Source of the DNA: Octopus vulgaris
Taxonomy: Eukaryota
Direction of reading: 5' to 3'
Assembly: GCA_951406725.2 (NCBI GenBank)
Contig: OX597818.1
Location: 141,422,001-141,486,000, forward strand
DNA: 64,000 nt
The notes beneath the pieces are model-generated. The model ran no database searches and was not told the DNA's origin. It saw only the letters and a program-made list of their open reading frames with translations. Shown one piece after another: positions 54,918 through 64,000 of this stretch; position 1 is the stretch's first letter, and every line of letters begins with the position of its first letter. Position numbers and translations under genes: made by a program.

Positions 54918-57626
54918 AAGAAATTCGTTCAAGAAATACATTATGTGTGTCATTTTACTTATGTGTACATACTGATATTTTTAATTTTTGCATTATGGCC
55001 GGATCTAATTAACTCCAGATTTTCATGCAAATGTAGTTTTTCAGTTAAGATTGTTTTTTTAGTTATTCAGTATGCTCATGTTATTTAATTACCCCGGTTA
55101 CAACACTGCTTAATAATCCTATTATGTATAATTGCTCATGTACAGAAGAATCCACACTTTCCTGATCTAATACAACGAAGCTTATCTTAAATCATCTTCC
55201 GTAATTTTTGAAACATTTAAAATAATATTTGAGTAGTAGACTTCATCTACCTTCTTGCTTATTTCTTGCGAGCTTCTAGTTCAAGCCTTCACTGCTTTGA
55301 ATTTGAAATTCTTGCTTCTTCCAAATAGCAACCGAAGCCCCGTCTCTCTATGACTAACTTGTAAAACAAAAATTATTCAACTAGTGTTCACCCCATATCA
55401 ACTGATGAGCTTTTTCAATAAGATTAGTGCTCTTCTAATTTGATATGTAATAAGTTCGATCTTAACTCTGTCTTGTAACTTTGTAGATGATGAATGTATA
55501 GGATATTCTAAAATTCAATCCATGTATATTCTGCAGGTCCAAGAAACTGAACTCATTACTTCAATGCTTAAAAGTAGTTACTGACTGTAGTATGCTCTGC
55601 TCTCTACAATAAATCTACCTGTTATAAATAGCAGTCAAATATTCCGTATACATCATACGACCGCCTTACAAAAGAGAAAAAATGAGGTGGATAATGTAAT
55701 ATTAGAATTACAAAAAGACGGTGCAGCCATAACTTGAATATTTTTGACTGTGGGCCTCCTTCTACTGGATTGATCAAGGGTTAAATAACAACAAAAGCGA
55801 CATTGCTGAAATGTGCCACTTTCAATGCAACTAACTGTATTTGCACTGAATTATTGCTGGGGCCTGGAGTCAGTTTTTACTCAGGTAAGTTTACATAATG
55901 ACAAAATATCAGTCAGCTATCTAGTTTTTCTGTCATATAATATCTTTGCGGAACATACTGCATAAACTAACATGCAATGATGAATCGTATGGGATACATT
56001 ATGACAGCCTGATGAATATTTCTGGTAGCCACCATAGCGACCAAAGAAACGTGCACATGGTTGGTCTGAGAGGGACAGTTGTCCTCTCCCTATTTTATTG
56101 TTGGCGGTTTTATATCCTAGTACAAAACATCAGGCTTATAAAACTATTGATATTGCACTTATTTATGTGTATGTATTTTGTTATATTTGTCTGGAAGAGA
56201 TAAGAGAGAGAGGGGGAGAAAGAGCAAGGGAGGGAGAGACAAAGAGAGAGAGGGAGATACTAATGTGCTGGTATATGTTATATGCGCCTAGATTTTGTGA
56301 CGTGGTATATGTAGTGCCAAAGACTCTCGTGGCTGAAACATGCAGTGAGCAATGAAAAGTCTCAAACAGACTGTTCAGATGGTCTTTCATGTGTATAAGT
56401 TTTGTTTCGTTGTGTAGGCGTCCTGAAAAACGCTTACCAATATTATGATTCAAAATACGTTATGCTCATTTGTGGTATATTATTATCGTCTGTTGTCGAT
56501 AGATTTCCGGACCCAGGCAGAACCGTGGTAGTCTATGGCTGATGTAATAAGTTGAACGTCCTTTTGGCAAAATGTGGCACCTGTGATTGACCTTAGCATG
56601 CTTCACCGTTGCTTTGCTTTCTTTAATATTCTATACAGTGCGTGGATATAGTGGAGTAGTTGTATGTAGCATCTAATATCTTTGTCTTCTGTGTGCGTTG
56701 CATCTTTATGATTTTCTATGGCATTTTAGTTTTATTTCATGTTCACTATTGTTGCGCGTACAAATGCAGTGATGTGACAGGTACAAAGTTTTCAGTTGAG
56801 AAACCTGGTTTCTATGCAGTTTATGTAAGCTTGAAGTAATTGTGCAATATCAACTATAGGATAGTGCTAAGTGTGCGTGGCGCAGTGTAAATATTTTTGT
56901 AGTAGTGTAGGAAGGTTGTGAAGGAAAAATTTGAAATAAAAGGATGCAATTTCAGATTATGAATGTGTTGTTTTTATACACTGCATATTCTTGGTTACTT
57001 GCCAGCATTTTTGTTGTTTAACATATTATTCTCACAGTTCTAATATAATTACAATGGTTACGGGGAACAGGTGAATTTTCTTTTTCTTGTGAAAACTATC
57101 GTATTTTCGTGTTAGGCTTCTGATTGTTGTTCTGTTGAGCTTAATTGGCTAAATTCGTGTTGTGTCTACGAGGCTTGATGCGGGAATTAGTGATATTAAG
57201 GATTAGCATTTCAATACATTTGAGTTTGAGTTTTCGTCGAGTTGCTATGATTTTGCCCGGCCTCAGAATTCTGGGAAGTTGACAATGTTGATACAAATTG
57301 TAGATAATGCTAAGTAAAGTTATTCCTTTAAACCTTAGTATTTTAAGTACATGTTTGTAAATCTTTTTATCGAAGAATCTTTTGAGTTTTCAGCTTTCAT
57401 TATTGATACATGGGTATCTGAGAGAAAAGGAGTCAAAATCATAATCTAGATTGAAGATTAACATATTCTCAGTTCCTATGTTTTAGTGGTTTTTCAAGGC
57501 TGGTTTTCTAGATATTTCTCATAAGTTCTTTCGTGGGCAGATTATTTGAGACTGTTGTGACATGTGGTATGGCGCGGTCCGTGTTGCTGATGATACTATA
57601 TTATTAAATTTTAATATTCGTTCGAT

Positions 57627-57790
57627 AGTCGCCGGAGTGGCTGTGTGGTAAGTAGCTTGCTTACCAACCACATGGTTCTGGGTTCAGTCCCACTGCGTGG
57701 CATCTTGGGCAAGTGCCTTCTGCTATAGCCCCGGGCCGACCAATGCCTTGTGAGTGGATTTGGTAGACGGAAACTGAAAGAAGCCTGTCG

Positions 57791-57833
<43 letters not shown>

Positions 57834-58044
57834 TTGTGTGTCTGTGTTTGTCCCCCTAGCATTGCCTGACAACCGATGCTGGTGTGTTTACGTCCCCGTA
57901 ACTTAGCGGTTCGGCAAAAAAGACCGAAAGAATAAGTACTAGGCTTACAAAGAATAAGTTCCGGGGTCGATTTGCTCGACTAAAGGCGGTGCTCCAGCAT
58001 GGCCGCAGTCAAATGAATGAAACAAGTAAAAGAGTAAAAGAGAG
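57627..58044 (+). mobile_element. SINE family A, full length
   Basis: Reverse complement of 37376-37780. Confidence 0.9.
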
Positions 58045-58314
58045 TTTCGAGGATTTTTTCCGACACCGATATTTTCCGGTTCTCTATTTGTCTATGGATT
58101 ATATATTTTCGGAATTTTCTTGTTTACTTATTTTGACGCTGAGTTTTATTTCGGTTTTACTTTGTTTGATGCGTTATGTTTGAAGATATCGCTGAAATTT
58201 ATGAGGCTGGCTATTTCTGGTGTGCAGTTAGGACAGGGTTTTATAAAGGTTTACGGGATATGTTTTGAGGAAGAACCTCTTATTGCGTTGTTGAATGTAT
58301 GTACTATAGTATCT

Positions 58315-58703
58315 TCTTCTTTAGCACTCCGTCGGTTTCGACGATGAGGGTTCCGTTTGATCCGAATCAACGGAAAAGCCTTCTCGTGAAATTAACGTGT
58401 AAGTGGCTGAGCACTCCACAGACACGTGCACCCTTAACGTAGTTCTCAGGGATATTCAGCATGACACAGAGAGTGACAAGGCCGGCCCTTTGAAATACAG
58501 GTACAACAGAAACAGGAAGTAAGAGTGAGAGAAAGTTGTCGTGAAAGAGTACTGCAGGGATCACCACCATCCCCTGCCGGAGCCTCGTGGAGCTTTAGGT
58601 GTTTTCGTTCAATAAACACTCACAACGCCCGGTCTGGGAATCGAAACCGCGATCCTCTGACCGCGAGTCCGCTGCCCTAACCACTGGGCCATTGCGCCTC
58701 CAC
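58315..58703 (-). mobile_element. SINE family B, full length, with 12-bp TSD
   Basis: TSD ACTATAGTATCT at 58303-58314 and 58704-58715. Confidence 0.9.
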
Positions 58704-59984
58704 ACTATAGTATCTATGGTGGTGCTGTTCAGTGTACGTACCGTAATGTCAATAGCAATGGTGATGCTGGGGTTGCAATGTTCTAAAAACTTCAATTCTA
58801 TTTCATAGGAAAGCACTTTGCCAATAGATGTTGATGCAGATCATCAGCCTGCCCTTTCTATCGAGGTGAAATTCTCGTTGGCATATTCCACAACCTTTAA
58901 TTTGCAGATTTCATCAAAAATAAATTTGTTGTTGGAATTAGTTATTGAATTACGTTTTGTACCAATGTCGGTGTTGGTTTTGTCTCCTTTAATGATTGTC
59001 CTATGTTGCTTGTAAAGTTTCATTGAGTTATTGCTATTCTTGTAAGAATTAGTAGAAACTTTTGCGGATGAATGGAGTTATGGTGAGGAATGGAGTTGTA
59101 GTGATGAGTTATGGTGGTGGTGGTGGTGGTTGTAGTGGTGGTGTTGGTGGTGATGATATGTTTGGGTGTGATGATGATGACGATGAGGGACAGTGGCGAT
59201 GACGATGATGATGAGAGGGAAGATGACGATGACGAGGAGGAGGAGGAGGAGGAAGAAAGAAGAAGAGAAGGAAGGGGAGGATAACGATGATGACGGTGGT
59301 GATCGCCTTAAGTAGTCGTAATACTAAGACATGTGATGCAGTAGTGTTGTCGTTGGTGGTTGTCCTTTAAGGATTTTCATTGGCAACACGTGAAGATATA
59401 ATAGTGTTAGATTTGCTTTTAATACTGGAACCATTCTAATTATATTAATGATGATCATTATGTTTTTTCGGAGAGGTTTTTAAAAAATAATTATTTTGTA
59501 TCCGTTTGTGTAATTTCATTTGCAAATTCTTTGGAATTAAAGCAATCATGATTGGATTTGTGTAATCAAAATATACAAAAAAAAACCCAACTAAACTAAT
59601 AACTATTCAGACAAGAAAAAAAGCCATGAGGTTAATGAGGAGCACGATTAAGAGAAGGTGGGGCGACGCACATGGTAGTGGTGGTGGTGATGACGAGGAG
59701 GGGGATGTGTTAGGATCAGGATTTTGAACATGATAATCATGATGATCATGGTGGTAGTGGTAGTGGTGATTATGATGACGATGATGACGACGTCAACGAT
59801 GACGCAAGCAACGGATAGAAAATGCGTATATATATAAATGATGCATAAAAGGGAAGAAAAAAAACTTTCGTATCTCAGCTTACAAAATTAAGCAAAAAAC
59901 GTTCAGTTAATAAAATATACAGCAGTTGATTATTACAAAGCAATGTATGAGAGTAGAGTTTATACGTGTGTGCGTGCATGTATG

Positions 59985-60042
<58 letters not shown>

Positions 60043-60063
60043 CAGTAGTAGTAGTAGTAGTAG
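59985..60063. repeat. (TAG)n microsatellite
   Basis: Direct reading. Confidence 0.95.
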
Positions 60064-60471
60064 AGTCAGTGTATTGATACTCTGAGTTTCATCTGTTATG
60101 GCAGAGTCATAACTTACCTGGTGATCCCAGGTAAGGAGATCTCAGGTGAAATATTATTTATTTGCTAAACTAAAAATCGGAAACCAATTGGTCCAGGAAA
60201 TTAGATGGTAAAAGTTTTTATTTTTTCATTTCGTTCCTGTCGAATTCTATCCCTAATTTTGTGGTTATACAACCTAGCTGTTCTTTCTAGCGTGTTGAAT
60301 CCTACGAATGGATTCCTTATGTGTTTAAATGCACACTCTATTTCATATGTGTGTGTCTGTGTGTGTTTGCGTGTGCGCGCTCGAGTACGTGTATGCATGT
60401 ATGAATGCATGTATGTAAGTGTATACATGCATATATATAAATGTACGTATCAATATGTACATACATATATA

Positions 60472-60509
<38 letters not shown>

Positions 60510-60556
60510 TATATATGTTATATATATATATATATATATATATATGAATATATATG

Positions 60557-60597
<41 letters not shown>

Positions 60598-60894
60598 ATA
60601 TACCTATATATGTATGCATATTTATAGACATATATACATGTATATACACGTATACTTATATCTATATGTATGTTTGTCCGTATTCATATGCATACACACG
60701 CGAGCTAGTGCATTCCTAAGTGTACAAACTACGAACCGATAACTATAAATTCATCCATGTGTGAGTGTCTGTGACAGTGGTGTGTTTATAGGTGGTTGTG
60801 TGAATATATGTATGCGCATGCGTTGGAAATAGGTAGAAGCAGATATTCAGTCTGACTGACATCTAGGTAGATTGATAGGCAGACAGACAGACAA

Positions 60895-60952
<58 letters not shown>

Positions 60953-61400
60953 GAATGCACATATACATACTTATACACACGTAAATATATACGTACACAT
61001 GAAAATGTATATATTTACATACATACATGCATGTATGTATGCTTACATACATATACATACATTTATATAACAACGTTGTGATTAAGAGATGACCGCTATT
61101 TAGGTCTATCAGTTATCTCCAATCTCAGTTCCGAAATTGCTTTAAATATGATAAAAGCATCGAAGACACACATTTAATTTCCAGATAAATAGAACACATT
61201 CAGCACTTCAGTACTGCAAGAAATACGATCAAGAATATCACTTAGAGCTGATTCAGTGTTTCATGAGATCATTACTGGAGCTTAGAGTTTCAATCCCCAA
61301 TCATCTGATGGTGTATGAGTCGTTCAACTAATATGGCGGCCAAATAGATATTGGACGATTTCTTCCTCCTCTGCTACTATTGTTGTTGTTGCTGTTGTTG

Positions 61401-61447
<47 letters not shown>

Positions 61448-61448
61448 G

Positions 61449-61514
<66 letters not shown>

Positions 61515-61699
61515 GGCTTCTAAAAATGTGGCTAAAAACAAATTCACTGAAAAACAATTACTGGACACGGGTCTAACGGACTGACTGACTGATTGATTTG
61601 TCATTAGTGGACAGTACTGGCGTTATTGGTTGTAAAAGCTGACCATCAAATGAAAGGAAGAGAATACACGTAGACAATATTGTATATATATATATATAT

Positions 61700-61774
61700 A
61701 CTTCCATCCAGCTCACCACACATACATACATGCATGCGTACATTATATGCGCACATTGTGTGTGTGTGAGTATA

Positions 61775-61807
<33 letters not shown>

Positions 61808-61894
61808 ATATATATATATATATACTTCCATCCAGCTCACCACACATACATACATGCATGCGTACATTATATGCGTACATTGTGTGTGCGTGAG

Positions 61895-61933
<39 letters not shown>

Positions 61934-62007
61934 ATATATATATATTTATATACACTTCCATCCAGCTCACCACACATACATACATGCATGCGTACATTGT
62001 GTGTGAG

Positions 62008-62030
<23 letters not shown>
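61700..62030. repeat. Three-copy minisatellite (~125-130-bp period)
   Basis: 'cttccatccagctcaccacacatacatacatgcatgcgtacatt' at about 61701, 61825 and 61955. Confidence 0.85.
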
Positions 62031-62046
<16 letters not shown>

Positions 62047-62146
62047 GTGTGTATGTATTTATATGTGTATACACACACATACAGCTTATATACATATTCT
62101 ATTATGTATGTATGGATGGTTGGATTGATGGAAGAAGGAATGGATG

Positions 62147-62238
<92 letters not shown>

Positions 62239-62568
62239 TTAGCTAGAGAGTGTACATATGTGCAGTATGTTCGGTTGTTGCTTTTGTGTTAAGCAACAGT
62301 TTGGTCCGTATGGAGAAAAGTTCTGATCAAAGCAGTCTGACCATTGTTTACGCTGTTCTTTCCTCTGTTTCTTATTTGAAAACGGTATGCTTTGAATTAA
62401 GACGTATTTGGATGCTACTTCTGGAAAAGCAAGTGATAACGTATATGTGTATGTGTGTGTAGTTTAACAACATTTAAATAAATGAGAAAATTAAAAGAAA
62501 TCCAGCTAAATTGCAAATTGATACATCTCTAAATATGAGTGCATTGGTTACTGATGATTATGTATATT

Positions 62569-62779
62569 CTTTTCTGATCTAGGCACAAGGCCCGGAATTT
62601 TGGGGGAGGGAGCCAGTTGATTAGATTAACCCCAGTACGCAGCTGGTATTTAATTTATCGATCCCGAAAGGATGAAAGGCAAAGTCGACCTCGGCGGAAT
62701 TTGAAATCAGAACGTAAAGAGACGAAATAGTGCTAAGCATTTCGTCCAGCGTGCTAACATTTCTGCCAGCTCGCCGCCT
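62569..62779 (-). mobile_element. SINE family C with 17-bp TSD
   Basis: TSD TGATGATTATGTATATT at 62552-62568 and 62780-62796. Confidence 0.9.
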
Positions 62780-63114
62780 TGATGATTATGTATATTAATC
62801 AAATATGGATGGATGAATAGACCAACATTGAGAAATTTACCTGTGGGTATTATTTATGATGGTATATTTGCATGTAGCGTTTATTTAATTCTACTTGCTT
62901 CTGTCATTGGGCTACCGCTACGCTGGAAACCCATCATCAAGGGTTTTTAGTCAACCATAGTAACTGAAGCTCGTATTTCGCTCAGGTAATTATTTTAAAC
63001 GATAACTATTAGTTCAGTTGCAAAGTTGCGAGACATAATGGGACGTAGTATACGTAAAAAACATGGTTTCCTCACTAGTGTTACCATAAACGCACGCAAA
63101 CACACACATAACTA

Positions 63115-63523
63115 TACTCTCTTTTACTCTTTTACTCTTTTACTTGTTTCAGTCATTTGACTGCGGTCATGCTGGAGCACCGCCTTTAGTCGATCAAATC
63201 GACCCCCAGGACTTATTCTTTGTAAGCCTAGTACTTATTCTATATGTCACTTAAACCGAACCGCTAAGTAACAGGGACGTAAACACACCAGCATCGGTTA
63301 GCAAGCGATGTTGGTCGGACAAACACAGAAACACAAACATACACACACATATATATACATATATACGACGGGCTTCTTTCAGTTTCCGTCTACCAAATCC
63401 ACTCACAAGGCTTTGGTCGACTCGAGGCTATAGTAGAAGACACTTGCCCAAGTTGCCACGCAGTGGGACTGAACCCGGAACCATGTGGTTGGTAAGCAAG
63501 CTACTTACCACACAGCCACTCCT
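63115..63523 (-). mobile_element. SINE family A, full length
   Basis: Matches 37376-37780. Confidence 0.9.
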
Positions 63524-64000
63524 ATATAATAATAATAATATAATATGGCTGCCCTTCGCAAGCGTGTTTGAGCAGACTTTACGTCGTCCTACACTTCATC
63601 CAGCATAGCAGCGATCATGTGACTCCGGAGAGAGGGAGTGCTCCAGAAGCACTCGTTTGGTACACATTGTCAGTTGATTAGGCTGGACAAAACAAGGAAT
63701 GATGTGCCTCGTCGCAAGGCACTTCATTTCACTGCTTCATGTATGTATTTGTGTGTATATGTTTGTGCATAAATATAGTTATAAATTCTATGAATACATA
63801 TATATATATACATAAGTCCTGTTGTATACATATTGGCGGCACGATAAGAACGCAGTGTGCCGCGCAGTAGGATCGAAACTCCAACTATGTGTTTGATTCG
63901 CTAACTTCTTTTATCTGCGCTTATGAATATTTCTATGCGTATGTGAATGTATTTATCCATGTATGTGTGTACCTATATGATGTATGTATGTATGTATGTA

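Noticed and set aside
55800-55890. Exon ending at a perfect CAG|GTAAGT donor
   Set aside because: No clear acceptor or recognisable peptide; isolated consensus donors are expected by chance.
60110-60270. U1 snRNA gene or pseudogene
   Set aside because: Only the first ~10 nt match; no downstream U1 stem-loops recognised.
61700-62030. CRISPR-like repeat-spacer array
   Set aside because: The spacers are microsatellites, the context is eukaryotic and there are no cas genes.

Overview
AT-rich, microsatellite-saturated animal DNA with no protein-coding host gene I can support. The repeat landscape (tRNA-derived CORE-like SINEs, dense (TA)n/(TAA)n/(GATA)n/(TATG)n tracts) suggests an octopus or other cephalopod intron or intergenic region (inference). 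Most ORFs in the supplied track are translations of microsatellites. The recognisable coding remnants all belong to transposons: a Penelope-like element (RT plus GIY-YIG, 47052-48900), several R4/Dong-type restriction-like-endonuclease LINE fragments, an RTE remnant, a near full-length mariner, two DD41D/rosa-like relics, hAT MITEs with 8-bp TSDs and a Tigger-type MITE. About 10.7 kb (12006-22735) recurs at 22836-33634 across a 100-N gap, most likely an uncollapsed haplotype overlap. The best candidate for an undescribed system is a set of hammerhead-ribozyme-bearing elements: (i) a canonical type I hammerhead inside a 485-bp non-coding unit with 64-bp terminal redundancy (retrozyme-like), (ii) a dispersed ~150-180-bp repeat with a minimal hammerhead carrying a non-canonical core, and (iii) a decayed hammerhead at the 3' end of the Penelope element. 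Two long (TA)n-centred palindromes and a mariner fragment inside a hAT MITE inside a LINE also stand out. All folds and alignments were read by eye; none has been computed.
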